This document shows positions 48,101 through 61,399 of a DNA stretch of 64,000 bases, piece by piece (the stretch's first letter is position 1; each line of letters begins with the position of its first letter). The notes below the pieces were generated by a model. It saw only the letters and a program-made list of their open reading frames with translations, searched no databases and was not told where the DNA came from. Origin of the DNA: Squalus acanthias (Eukaryota); contig CM059435.1 of the NCBI GenBank assembly GCA_030390025.1, positions 100,068,001 to 100,132,000 on the forward strand, given 5' to 3'. A program made the translations under genes and the position numbers.

Positions 48101-49809
48101 GGGCCGGGGGGGCAGATGCTGCTTCTTTCAATCCAAAACCAAATCGGCTCGCTTAAAGAAAATTCCCCAAAACATGACTCAATATTTCGCACATTCAGCC
48201 GAGAACCACCCTCCCCAAACACAGACACGCTGTTTAAGATAAGCCTCCTTATTGTGAGCAGTGTCGTTCTTAGTCGGAGCAGCATTGGTGGATTATTTGC
48301 AAAGGTTGCACACATGGTGCAGTTTGTGCTTGTGTCTTGTGTTGGGTGCACATGACGAGGGAGCATCTTCCCTTTTCCATGCGGTGCACTGTGCGCCTCT
48401 CTATAAGCTGCATGTGCTTTCTCGACCTCCAACAGCCAAGCCCGACTTTGATCTGCGCCGCTCAACGACATGAAGTGAGATCAATTACAGAAGAACAACA
48501 GTGACAAAGAATTCGCTGCTTTACGTGCAGGCAGTTTCCCACGATCGCCGAGTCAGTTCAGAACAAGGAATCTGGGTTTCTCCCTGTCCCCTCTGTCTTC
48601 CACACAATAGGGAGGAAAGTTGTGGGGGGGGGGGGTGAAAAAGGCATGAATTTCTGTGCCTCATCGGGGAGAGGGGAAACAAGCATGTGAACTTTACGCG
48701 TTGATTATTGCAAAAAATCAACAAAAAGTAAAGGCATTTCGCAATCTTTTTCAAATGCATTCGGTTTAAAGAGCAGAGTGGGTTTGTAAAATGAGTTACT
48801 GTCGAAGTTCAGTGCGCACTTTTTAAAAAAAAATTATCCCCCCAAAATATACGCGGTTAATCTGTCATTCGCAAATCCACTTCATTCACAAAAAAAAAGC
48901 AGCACGGGGACCCCCAAGAAGCCGGTCGGGAGAGTTTGCCCGCCCGTCGGCTCTCGACTCCACCCCCTGTAGACTGCATGGCGTCAGCCCTTGAAACGAA
49001 TGAAATGATCATGCTTAAAAAAAAACTAATCAATAGCCATTGCCATAAATTACTGCAGGAAGTGCTAAAAAACACAAGTTCCTGAAAGAAGACCGATTGT
49101 ACCTCTGGCATGTATCGTTAGGAAAACGACAATGGGTAATCATACAGAAGATGTTTTTTCCCACCCCAGAAAGGAAAACATGATTAAGTTTGGTTGGTGG
49201 TGGTGGAATTGGAACTTTAGAACCTTTCAACATTTCAGTGGTGAAGTTTCAGTTCATGTTTGCTGATTCTATCCCTACAAATTAAATCCTTGCAATAAAA
49301 CGACTTCCTATCCCCGTTAGTTTGCTCTAATTACTTCAAGTCCAAATTGAATGGGTGTGGAAATGTAAACTTTTATAACAGTGATTTCCTGATGGTTCTG
49401 GTTCTAAATTAATCCGCGGTCGATTTTTATAGTATGAAATTGACAATTGGATTTTATTTCGGGTGGGGGGGGGGAGGAGCAGGGTTACCCACAGCTTTAA
49501 AACATTTACTTGGGCGTGTTAACAAGCGTGATCGTTGCTGGTTCTATTTATGACAGCGATGGTGGATTGTGCTGTCACATTAAATATGTTTATTTCCTGT
49601 CTTTTAGCTCTGTAGGGCCGCCGAGGAAATGTCAGCAAACAGGCTATGCAGCAAGGGAAAGGATTATTTGGAGGCATGGTGTGCCACACGCATAGACACT
49701 GAAAGGTGGGGCCACACCAGGGGAAAAGCCCCCCCAAAGAATGTTTGCCGTTGCCTATCATTCCCCGGACGGCGTTAGCATTATCTTGTAAAGATCAAAC
49801 TGCTACAAC

Positions 49810-49830
49810 TATATATATATATATATATAT
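49810..49830. repeat. (TA)10 microsatellite
   Basis: Direct reading. Confidence 0.95.
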
Positions 49831-52149
49831 TAATACCCCTTTTCCTTTGCAGACATCCAACTCCTGTTTTTACATAACTGCAAAACCAAAGGCACTTTTT
49901 TTCTCAATCATATCTCATTCATTCACAAAGTCTTTGCCTCTCCGCTGGTCCTGTAATGGGAGCCCCCCAAGTCTTCAAAGCACGTTGGTGACCTGGAAAC
50001 ACGTTTTACCTAATGGCAGAAACAAAGAAGGCACCGCTTAGCTCTTCCCCATTCCCATTATTCCACGAATTCATCTGTAAACACGCAAACACGATTCTAT
50101 CTCGGGTGCAAATCTGCGGATATCTGGGCAAGAAGGAGGGGGCGGGGGGATGGGCCAGGAGACAGGGGCACTGTTTTTTTTAAAAAGTTTCAAGTGTGCT
50201 TGTTTTTATTTCAGAGAATGGTAGTCTGAAACGTTTTTATCTGATGGAGAAACAACCCGGGAGATGAACAAAAGAAACTTTCAACGCCACCACACACCGA
50301 TTTACACAAAGCACAATGAGGCAATCTATAAACATAAACCAAGAGGAAGGGAGGACGAAACGTGTCAAAGAAAATTGTCGCTGAGATAGAACGTCTAACC
50401 CTGAACTTCTTATTTGCACTGTCAACCCACTTGTTTGTTCGTAAACAAACCCATGCTGAACGCTCTCTCCCCTTGCGCAACACTTGGTTCAATTTCCTAT
50501 ACTGTCCCTTCATTGTTATGCAGACAGATTGATTTATATACATGAGCATTTTTTCATGAACACATTCGTTTCATGAAGTTTCTTCTCCTATTGCCCAGCA
50601 CGTACCGTCTTTGATTTAGATTGTCCCCTTGCAATCTGCATCCTTTTTCAAAATTACAATGTTAATTTTTGCATCTCGCTGGTGGTTGGTGAGAAATTGA
50701 CAACAATGCGGGGAAAAAATGTAACTTCGGAAAGTTTTTTTTAAAAATACGCCAAAGTTCCCAGTGCAATTTTACTGATGTGCGTTTTTATAGTTCTAAA
50801 GCGAATTAAGTATGCATAATCGCAATTAGTAACAAATATAGCTGCTTTGCAGAACTATATGCATGTTAAAGCTATCAAGAACCATAAATACGCCATTCCT
50901 TCAATACGCCTCGGCTTCCTTTGCAGAAAAAAGGCTCCACGTGGTATGTTTTTAAAATCATAATGTATTGCTACAAAGAAATTTTTTCAGAGTCCCAGGA
51001 GAGAAGGCTGTGGACAAAAACCTTAGTATGCCTAATAATGCTCTTGTTGTTTTGAGAGTTTCAGTTTCTTAAACATCTATTCGGGACTTTGTAGAGAGGG
51101 AGGAAAAAGGCTCCCGCACCGACAGTTTTTTTGGGTGTAATTTGTGATTGTGAAATTGGCTTGAAAAATACCCCAGAAAGGAATTGTTTACCTTTAATAT
51201 TCCCAAAGATCGCCTGCAATTAAACATGCATCAAGATAGATTTTCAGTTTATTTTGCAGAGTGCCATTTTTTAAATATCTATACCTATATCAATCTATAT
51301 ATAGATAGTTTTGCCTTTGGTACAGCTTATTGTGTCTGCACACGTATCATCTTGTGCTGCAACTGCTGCCCTTTATAATTAACTATCGTGGTCGGGTCAG
51401 TTCCATTTAAGTGAATATTTATGTTAACTGAATAGAAATTGGGGAAGCTCGTTTTCTGCCTAAGTCTGTTTTTTTTTAAATGTTAAATGAATTCCTTTAT
51501 TTCAAACAGGGTTTGCATTGTGAGTATTCTGAAACTAAGAAAAATAAAATAAAAGCAGCATAAACGTTTCCTGTTTTATAAATCTATTGCTATCAAACAT
51601 GTAGCAGAATTATTGCATTTGAACATGGATTTTAACCTGGATTTCTGCTGTGTAAATAAATTGCCCGTGTAAGCCAGATTCATAGACTGCTTCTCTGTCC
51701 CCTGTATACCCTGCAGTTTTAAATTTGGATTTGTTATCAATTTCCAGGCAATATGAAGTTAAATTACTGATGTAAGTGGTGCAAACATATTATTATTTCT
51801 TAATTAGTTTGGAGTGCAAGCTCCCTTTGGCTGACGGTGTCTGTGATATAATGTATGTGATTTGAACAAGTACAATATAATATACTAACAGGAATACTAA
51901 AACAAGCTTGGTCTAACAAAGGGTTTGCAATCTCCAGTCATGCTCTGACTGAGGAAAACCCCACTGTTTGTGATGGGCTTGTAATTTGATCCTACCTGGT
52001 GCAAGCACTGAATCAGGGTAGACATGCAAGTGAATGCACTTCCATTCTGCTCAACTTGATCGTAACTGAATGTGAGTTTGTATTGTAAATGTGGATAGAG
52101 TGACCCATGAGTGACAAATACAGCATTACACAGCTTCCTGTAGTAACTT

Positions 52150-53010
52150 GGTTAGTTACCCTCAATTCCACAACTGTTGCTATGCTGTCCAGCTGCCTAT
52201 TAGACATCAAGTTGTGGGTAACGCATACATTTCTCTGGCATAACACCAACAAGACCAAGTCACTCTGCTCAGTTCCCTCCAGAAACTATGGCTGCAATTC
52301 CAATCACCCATCTCAACTGCTGGCGCAGGCTGAACCTAATGGTGCACAATATCAGTGGTCTTTTTGACCCAGTGCACAGCTTCAAACCCCACATCCTATC
52401 CATCACCAAAACTGCCTATTTCCATCTCTGCAATACCACTTCCCTCTGACTCTCCTTACTCCTATCACCATTGGAACTCTCATCCATGCCATCATCACCT
52501 CCAGGTTCAACTTCTTTGGCTTCCCAAGCTCCATCTTATACGAATTCCAATTCCTCCAAAACTATGCCGTCTTTGTCCTATACTAAGCTTACTAACTTCA
52601 TACTAAGTCCCAATCACCTTTCGTTCCTATCCCCTGGCACATTGATTACAAAATTCTCCATCTTATTTACAAACTCTTTCATAACCTCAGCCCATCCTGC
52701 CTCTGCAACCTCTTGCCATATGTTCCAGGCCACACCCTTTGCTCTTCAATCCCTAGTCTACAATGCATCCCTTCTTCCTCTGCTCCATCATGGGCATTTT
52801 GCCATTGCACTCTTGAATTCTCTTCCCACAAAACAATGTTTTGCTACACCTCCTAATTTTCAAAAACCTAACTCTTTGGTCATGCATTTGCACACCTCCC
52901 CCAACTCTTCTTTCAACTCATGCTTGAAATGTTTTCTCTTCCCCCACCCACACAATGAAGCATCTTGGGATTTAAGGTGCTGTGCTAAAGGTGTTATATA
53001 AATGCAAATC
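52150..53010 (+). mobile_element. Heavily decayed L2 LINE 3' region
   Basis: aaaactgcctatttccatctctgcaat...ctcatccatgccatcatcacctccagg (L2 AYFHL...LIHA.ITSR) and tail aaggtgttatataaatgcaa. Confidence 0.7.
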
Positions 53011-53671
53011 GTAGTTAAATTTACTCCAAGTAGCAGAACTAGCACTACTGCAGACCTCAGACCTTTGAACTTAAGGCATTTTTCTACTGTCTATTTGTTT
53101 CCCTCCTGTCTAGGGAGAGCAATCTTGTGCATCACTTCCCCCTTTTATTTTGAAACTATTTATATTGGTTTCCACTGACAAATGTGGAGAGCCACTTGCT
53201 GTATCAATGGAACTATGGATGACCATATCGCCACATTTATTTTCCTGAAATCGACTCCCTTAATTTGATAGCACATTTAATAGCATTGTTTGCATAGGCA
53301 TCACTCCTATATATAATAGACGCCCACCTTTAGATTTTTGCAGAAGCAGCTCAAGGTTACCATTCAGTGCCTGCCAGTCACCACATCTTGTTGGCAGGAG
53401 GTACATGGAAAAGATCTTGTGTTAGACCTTGTCTGTGTTTACATTACCACAACTTGTACATTGTATATCTGTATGAAACCAAGAGGGGGCAGTTGATACT
53501 TCTGTGATACTGCATCAGTGTGGGGAGGTGCAGGTATTTACATTGCTAACTGAAGTCCATATTATGAACTTGACAGTGTAAAACAATGCAGGAGCAAGAT
53601 GAAAATAGTTGAGTTCACCTTGCACATCAACCTAAACTACAGAGTGAGCTGGTTCAACTGAATGGCCTTTT

Positions 53672-54008
53672 CATAGAATCATAGAAAGTTACAGCACGGA
53701 AGGAGGCCATTTCGGCCCACCGTGTCCGCGCCGGCCAACAAAGAGCTATCCAGCCTAATCCCACTTCCCAGCTCTTGGTCCGTAGCCCTGCAGGTTACAG
53801 CATCCCAAGTGCACATCCAAGTACTTTTTAAATGTGGTTAGGGTTTCTGCCTCTACCACCCTTTCAGGCAGTGAGTTCCAGACCCCCACAACCCTCTGGG
53901 TGAAGAAATTTCCCCTCAAATCCCCTCTAAACCTTCCACCAATGACTTTAAATCTGTGCACCCTGGTTTTTGACCCATCTGCTAAGGGAAATAGGTCCTT
54001 TCTATCCG
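53672..54008 (-). mobile_element. CR1 LINE 3' fragment, low divergence
   Basis: HRFKVIGGRFRGDLRGNFFTQRVVGVWNSLPERVVEA. Tail catagaatcatagaa. CpGs retained. Confidence 0.93.
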
Positions 54009-57000
54009 CTTTTGGTCCTTTTATGCTCCCACTCTTTTACATCATTAAAAACATAGACCTTACCAATCAGAACATTCAAAGGACACTTACTGAAAGATTT
54101 TTTGGGGCTTATTTATAGTGCTTCCAATTTTATATATCAAAATATTTCTTCACAATTTTTTGATAATTATTTCTGGTCTTTTGAAACCAGGTAAAAATTG
54201 ATGAGGAAAAAAGACAATCAGATAAAACATTATGTTACATTTCCATTTAAATTGAGAAAAAAATATGCAACTACAATTACTTCACCAGTTTTTGGTTTAT
54301 CAAACAATTTGAAAACCTTTTACTTCTCATGCATCCAGTGCATTGCAGTCTTCCATTTTCTTCCCATGATTATTTAATTGACTGTGCCTCAGAAGACATA
54401 TTTTTTTCCAAAGCTTGATGAGAGAGCACAATTTTAATCAAGAAATAAAAAACGTAATATGAAAATCCGCAAAAAATCAGTGCCATAAAACACATCAGAA
54501 ACTGAATGTAGAGCTCTATTCACTAAGTAACACCATTATCCAAGCTGCTAAGATCTAACTGTCCAGTTTAAACAATTGCATAGATTGTTGTGTCTAACCA
54601 TGATTACAACAATTATGGAGTTAAAGTATGATTTACTCAGTTAAATAAATAACACTTTAAAGAGGCTTATCGTTAAAAATGTCCATATTTTGAGGTTTGA
54701 TAGTAAGTAAAAGGTAAGGAAAAGCTCAGCAATGAAAGCAGACTATTTCTAATTGAGTTTAAAAAAAATATAGGAACAGTATTTGATTCCTAGGGTTTCA
54801 CAGCAAAGTACAATAAATTGGGAGTGTGGATACAGCACTCACAGTTCTTGCAGAGATACATTGCAATATCTTGAGGTACATTAATTTGAGCAGGATTCAA
54901 TTTGCAACATCATAAAAAGATGAGAGAAAAAAATTGTTTTGCACTTATGCCTCCTTAACTTTGAGCTCTAATTTTTGTTAGCAAAACACAACTGACTATA
55001 GTGAGAACAGCAATGAACTGGTTGATTTTCATTAGTGCTAATCAAGGCACACAAGACCAATTACAATTTTCCGCCTCCCTTTGATTGCAACTGATCATCT
55101 GATTTTACAATTGTTTATTGTAAACTAAACATTAAGGAAATGTGTTTTGCAATATGCACCATGCACTGTAATAGTACAATATAATTTACAAAGGTCTGAT
55201 GTTACCTTTAGTTGTGCTGAATATGTGGGGAGATTATCTATTTTTTTGACAATGAATGTTAATTGGAGGGTATCTGTTAAACAGTTTGTGTTTGATACGG
55301 CTGAGTCATTATAGCTGAGATACCAGACATTGTCTGATAACCCACAGTCCATTAGACTGATACCCACAGCTTATCTGTATACTGATGGAAATTATGTAAC
55401 TTGTGGATCTTCCTATTTCCTGTCAGCGGTGGCTAAGTGACAGGGAGCTGAGAATATCTTTTAAGTCAGACACAGATAAATTAAAGCCGTGAGCTGATGA
55501 TTAAATGGGTAAACACCTTTTGTTTTAACCAGTGAAACTCCACCAGCTTGATGGATAGGACTTAGATGCTTTGGAGAAACAGTAAAAATAATTTGAAAAC
55601 TATTTATCGTCACCTTTTGATTACATTTTAAAACAAATATTTAAAGATAATAAAGTGTATTAGCAAATGCTGTTGTCATAATTACATTTTCTGACTGTAA
55701 ACAATTGAAAACTGTGCAGAATTTATTCTTGTGCACAGTATCCAACAGTTAGGGTGCACTTATACTGCAACTTTCATGTTAATGAAAAGTTGTTTTAGGT
55801 GCACATCAACTCAAAAATGTTAGATTCTAATGTCAAGTGGTGTGAGCTACCTGCTGGGAGCTGGCTACAATATAATGTAGGTTACACCTGACTCATAAAT
55901 AAAAGTGTGAAATAGTTAACATTTCATGGACAATTGAAAAATATTAGCTAGGATATACAACAAACCAGTCTAGCACATTACTGCATCCACATAGCTCAAT
56001 TACATTATATAGTGTATCGTATATTCCTCAATAACACGCTGTGAAAAAAAGATATATTAAAGTGCCAGACTCACGGTACCTATTACGGTTCAGATACCAT
56101 CATCTTTGTTACCTTTTTATCTACATCATACTGCCTGTAATGTACTCAGTGTGTGCACCAGGTAAGTAAATAGTAAAGTGAACATAGCTAGTTTTAAAAT
56201 ATACATTCAAATATATAATATGAAGAATGCCTGGGACTGAAAGTAGTCCAAGCTAGTAATTTATGCTTTCAGTTCTTTTAATGTTTATAAAGCAATTCAT
56301 CTTTTCTTGCATAGCTTTATGATGTCACCAGATTCATTTGATTTAAATTAGCTTTGTAACTCTTGAGCAGCTACCATCTTTAATAGATTTTTAAAAAGTG
56401 CATGTTTGCACATATCTATTACATAAGAAAACTTACTCTCTGCTGTCACACTTTGGTGTCAGTTTTTTTCCAATATAAATTCCTATGTCCACATTTATAA
56501 TGAAAAAGGCCTATATTAATGTGTCACATGGTAATTACAGTGGTGCTGTAATGCTTCAGTTTTGCATCTCTCAGCTCTCAGCCTTCACTGCAGAGAAGCA
56601 CCTATGTTCCAACCCATTGCCGGAATATTTTTCTTTAGCAGCTTCTACACAGTTGTTTTTCAAAATTATTTGAAGAAAAGCTGAAGGACAAGTTTCAAAA
56701 GTTTTATTGAGGTAAAGTTCACATTGAGCGCTTTTTATCAATAGAACATATGTGTGCGAGTGAGAAATAATAGATCATAATGATTACACACCCTGTCGTA
56801 GATTTGTTTTGTGTTCTATAATTAGAGAAAGCATATTATTTTGTCAACATTTAGAAATAATAGAATAATTACTGACACCTGTAAGACAGAGAGAGAGACA
56901 GACAGAGTATCTTCTCATTCTAATTTGAGTTCTTTTTCAAAAAATAGGTAGTTGAACTTCGAAAGCAGCCAAAGCCTCATTGTGAAAATGGATAGGATGG

Positions 57001-57099
57001 TAGGGTATGAGGGAAACAGGTTGAGGTTAAGGGTGAGGGTGCCTCTCACCTCTCGCCACCCACCCTTGGGGGGAAATGATGGGGACGTGGTTGGACGTG

Positions 57100-57664
57100 G
57101 CTGAAACCCTCGTCCATGCCTTTGTTACCTCTAGACTTGACTATTCCAATGCAATCCTGGCCAGACTGCCACATCTTACCCTGCATAAACTTGAGGTAAT
57201 CGAAAACTCTACTGCCTGTGTCCTAACTTGCATCAAGTCCCGTTCACCCATCACCCATGTGCTCGCTGACCTACATTGGCTCCCAGTTAAGCAGCAACTC
57301 GATTTTAAAATTCTCATCCTTGTTTTCAAATCCCTTTATGGCCTCGCCCCTCCCTATCTCTGTAATCTCCTCCAACCCTACAACCCCCCGCATCCCCGAT
57401 TTTAATCGCTCCACCATTGACGCTGTGCCTTCAGCTGCCTAGGCATTAAGCTCTGGAATTCCCTGCCTAAACCTCTCCGCCTCTCTACCTCTCTTTTCTC
57501 CTTTAAGACGCTCCTTAAAATCTCTCTGACTGAGCTTTTAGTCACCTGTCCTAATATCTCCTTATGTGGCTCGGTGTCAAATTTTGTTTGATAACGCTCC
57601 TGTGAAGCACCTTGGGACGTTTTACTATGTTAAAGGCGCTATATAAATACAAGTTGTTGTTGTT
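57100..57664 (+). mobile_element. L2 LINE 3' fragment
   Basis: AETLVHAFVTSRLDYSNA...LADLHWLPV..LDFKIL (L2 signature). Tail aaggcgctatataaatacaagttgttgttgtt. Confidence 0.93.
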
Positions 57665-58174
57665 AGGGGTGAAGTGAGTGATAGCAGAGTGAGGGGAGTG
57701 GAGGATAAAGGGGTTGAACCAATTCGTTCAAAGGGGAAGAGATATGGTTAGAGATGACAGTGATTGGGGTTCAAAATGGAAGTGGGGGAATGTTAAGTGG
57801 AGAGAGTATTGGGAAGGTAAAAAGGTAGGAGACACAATGGGATCAAGGGTTTGGGGGGAAGCCTGAATGACGGTGGGAGGGGATGAGAAGGAAGCCACTG
57901 AGGGCTCCAGGCCACATTTTCTCTGCAACTTCCACCAGAAGATATAGCCTGCAGCTCTCGGAAGCTCCTTTCCATGCCACACCACACCTCACCTGAAAGA
58001 ACAGAAAAACAGAGAGAGAAGCAGAAGAGAACAGAGAAAAGAAGTGTTTGGAAGAGAGAAGCAGAAGAAAAATAAAGGGACAGAATCAGAAGAGAAGAGA
58101 CAGGGTGAAACAGCAATAGGAAGACAACAGATATCATATTCTCTGAATCACCATGTGCTACACCACAGAAAACG

Positions 58175-58196
58175 TATATATATATATATATATATA
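58175..58196. repeat. (TA)11 microsatellite
   Basis: Direct reading. Confidence 0.95.
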
Positions 58197-58589
58197 GAAT
58201 GGAGATACACTAAAAATTAAAACTTTATATTTGAAATGGTGTTTTTGGAATCGGCATTTCTCTATATCGCAGATGGTTGACTAAATATAAAGGGATCAAA
58301 ATTGGAAAATGCATTTTTCCAACAATTGTTAGAAATATTTCTGAGTTTGGTCAGAGCATATTCTAACCAGTGGGGTAAACCTGGGTTCAAACACAGCCAG
58401 GCAGATGGAATAGAATTCTCCTCCTTCCCAGCAGAAAAATGCACTCAAATTCATCACATTGACATAAAGTTCATAAAGATACATAGTATAGGAAGCTGAA
58501 AAGTCACAATGGTGCAATGATGGGTGTGTTATTGAGATTTCACTTTAAGCACATTGCTTTTCCATTGTACAGGAATAATTGCATTGCAT

Positions 58590-58701
58590 TTGAAACATGA
58601 ATCCTACCTTCCTTTCTCCACAGCAGCTGCCTGACCTACTGGATGTTGCCACCATTTTCTGTTTTTATTTCAGATTTCCAGCACCTGCAGTATTATGCTT
58701 T
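58590..58701 (+). mobile_element. Older Penelope-like terminal fragment with 11-bp TSD
   Basis: Similar to 20629-20735. Flanked by TTGCATTGCAT at 58579-58589 and 58702-58712. Confidence 0.75.
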
Positions 58702-60740
58702 TTGCATTGCATCTGGCTCGTGCTATACCTATCATGAGAGTTCTGGATACTTTCATTGAGTGCAGAGTGGAACAACTGGGACAAGCGCCAGACATTAGAG
58801 TGGCCCGTTGTTAGCCTGATTATCCAACAATAGACCATTTCTAAGCTAATAATGCTATAAAAGCCTCTTTAAATTGCTTGACTGTTATGCTGGTGATGAA
58901 TAAGCTAATAACAGGGTAAATAAATGATAGATTTGAAGTTGTATTTTAACTGTTGCTGTAATCAGAATTATCTCAAGACATGAATGCTTATATTTGTATT
59001 AATTTTTACACCAAATATCTGTGCAAGCAACTGGGACAGACAAGTAGTATGCACCCACAACAATTGACAGGAGTATTGTGATGCAGAGATCTTTTCGATT
59101 TCAGTAAAATATTTAATCCCCCAGTATTGTGTTGCCCATTGTCAAGTACATGTACATAAAATGAGAAGCCAAGCACCCTTCAGTGGCATATCTTGACAAC
59201 ACTCAGATGTGTAAAGGTGAGTTATGGCAGCTGTTGAAACTTGGATGAGTCTTCAAGCAAAAGAAAAACATTTGAATTCATAGCGGTGCCTATACAAGGT
59301 ACTGAATAACTCACAATCTCAATGCAGAAAAAGTTCAGTTCTATCAGTTACATGATCAGCATTTATTTATTTCTGTTTATATCACAAAATAAGTCTTGTT
59401 CACTAATGCCACTCCAGAATGATCTGAGGCAGATCTGAATGTCAGGAATTTACAACTTCCATAAATGAAGTCAATAGCACAATCTTGAGGTTCAGATAAC
59501 ATAGATAAACTGCTTAAGCTTTGATCTCCTGTTTTTTATTACTTCACCCACAACCATCAAACATGTTATTGCCTTGTAACTCCCTTCTACCTGTGCACTG
59601 TCCTATATATAAACCTGCTTTTAGACACTGAATGGTAAAAGTCAAATCATAACAGCTGCAAACAAGGCCCCTGAAAATAGAATCCATTTCCTGTTCTATA
59701 TTTCATTTACACTGCAATTCAGAGTCAGTTTGAAACATATTAACTCAGCCTGAATTTAGTCTGTATATTCTTTATGTATATTATAAATAATTTAAATATG
59801 TTTGTATTTAAAGAGAATGTGTGATGGATGTTGGACAGTGGTAAGTTCATATACTGTAGGCCAAGGAGCAAGATTGGAAGATACAAATCAGGCTATTTTA
59901 TACCATACTGATTTCGGCCCCAAAAAATTGAGATGGGGGGCATCTCGGTGAAACTGCTGAGATTAACCCACTGGGAATCTCTGCCACTGACCCCATTGGA
60001 CTTGCCGGGGTGGAGGTGGAGAGTTTCCCTGATTTGCAACCCAATGGCGGATGTCTGCATCTGAGGTACCTGCAAAAGAAGGCAGAAAGTCCAGATGAAG
60101 ATTGCTTGGCCAGGATGGAGGGTTTCCATCTGTCGAATCAATAGAGATGAATGTATGGAGTCATGGCCGGGACCCCAGATGATCCCGATAACCATGTGTT
60201 GTCAGGGAGTTATGCTTGGTCTGACTAGGCATACTAGTCCATGTCTTTTCTGCCTGCTCCTCTCAGTTCCTCTGATCTGAATAGGGTTGGGCGCAAAGCC
60301 TAATATGAACTTCTTCTGGGTACCCCTCCAAATAGGTCCCCACTGGTGTGGACAGAGGAAAGTGAGCTGGAGCTGTTGTGACATCACTCCCAGCTCAGTA
60401 TCATCTGATTTCAATGCTAATACTTACCATAGGTAGAAGCATTCTTCCCCTCCCAAGGGGATTCTGAGCAAACTGTTGTGCAATGTAAAAAGTAGAAGAA
60501 AATTAGCCCTAGTGATTTCAGGAGAGGAGGGAAGAAAATTGGGGTGGGGGGGTGGTAAGAATAAAAGTCAACACCTTCTACATGAAAGCAATTTTCTTGA
60601 ATTGTGATTTAATTAAATCATTTCATTCAAAGGGGTGAATCTAAAGGAAGCACAGATATGATGGATCACTTATTCACACACAATCCTAATTCCCAAGTAA
60701 GGATTAATAGGGCAATTTTATAACTTTGCGCTCCCAGCGT

Positions 60741-61204
60741 CATGACGCCTTCATCCTGTGACACTCATCCAACCCGCCATTATTCCACCCTTCCAGGAAC
60801 CCAAAAAGATGGCTGCTTGGGGACAAGGGCTACACCCTGCATACACAGCTGATGACAATGCCCTACAATCCCACCACACCTGAACAGATCAGGTACAATG
60901 ACAGCCATCAGGAGCAACATTGATCAGACTACTGCGCTATTGAAGCAAAGTTTCAGGTGTCTGAATAGGTGTGGGGGCTAGCAACAATATGCCCCACAGA
61001 AAGCGTGGTGCATCATTGTAGTATGCTGCATGTTGCACAACAAGGCTAGACAGAGAGGATTACAGTTGGAGGAGGCAGAGGAACTGGAAGATTCATCATC
61101 TGATGAGGAATAATTGGGTGAAGGGGAGGGAGAAACAGAAGGGGGGTCGACCACCACGCATTGCAGCCAGAGAGGCCAGGGATCAGTTGATAGAACCACA
61201 CTTC
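60741..61204 (+). pseudogene. Fossil PIF/Harbinger (HARBI1-like) DDE transposase, C-terminal half
   Basis: Hand translation: HDAFIL*..WLLGDKGY..LMT..NPTTPEQIRYNDSH / RSNIDQT..LLKQSFRCL..GG*QQYAPQK..IIVVCCMLHN..acidic tract / ARDQLIEPHF. Contains stops and frameshifts. Confidence 0.88.
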
Positions 61205-61399
61205 CAATGCCCTGCTCATTCTCCGCCACTGAAAAGTTACACAAAGCCCCTCTGCATTAACAGTCTTTGGTTCCCCTTTCACCACTCCCTTAATCCTGCA
61301 TTAAAGAACACTGAAACCATTCAGCTAACTTCTTTATCAATGACATACTGACAATGAAGCTGCAATGAAAAGACATTGCAGACCAAAGTGCCAAATGTG

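Noticed and set aside
47911-48471. 186-aa ORF upstream of hmga2
   Set aside because: It lies in GC-rich promoter DNA, includes a poly-G-derived Gly run and has no recognisable homology.
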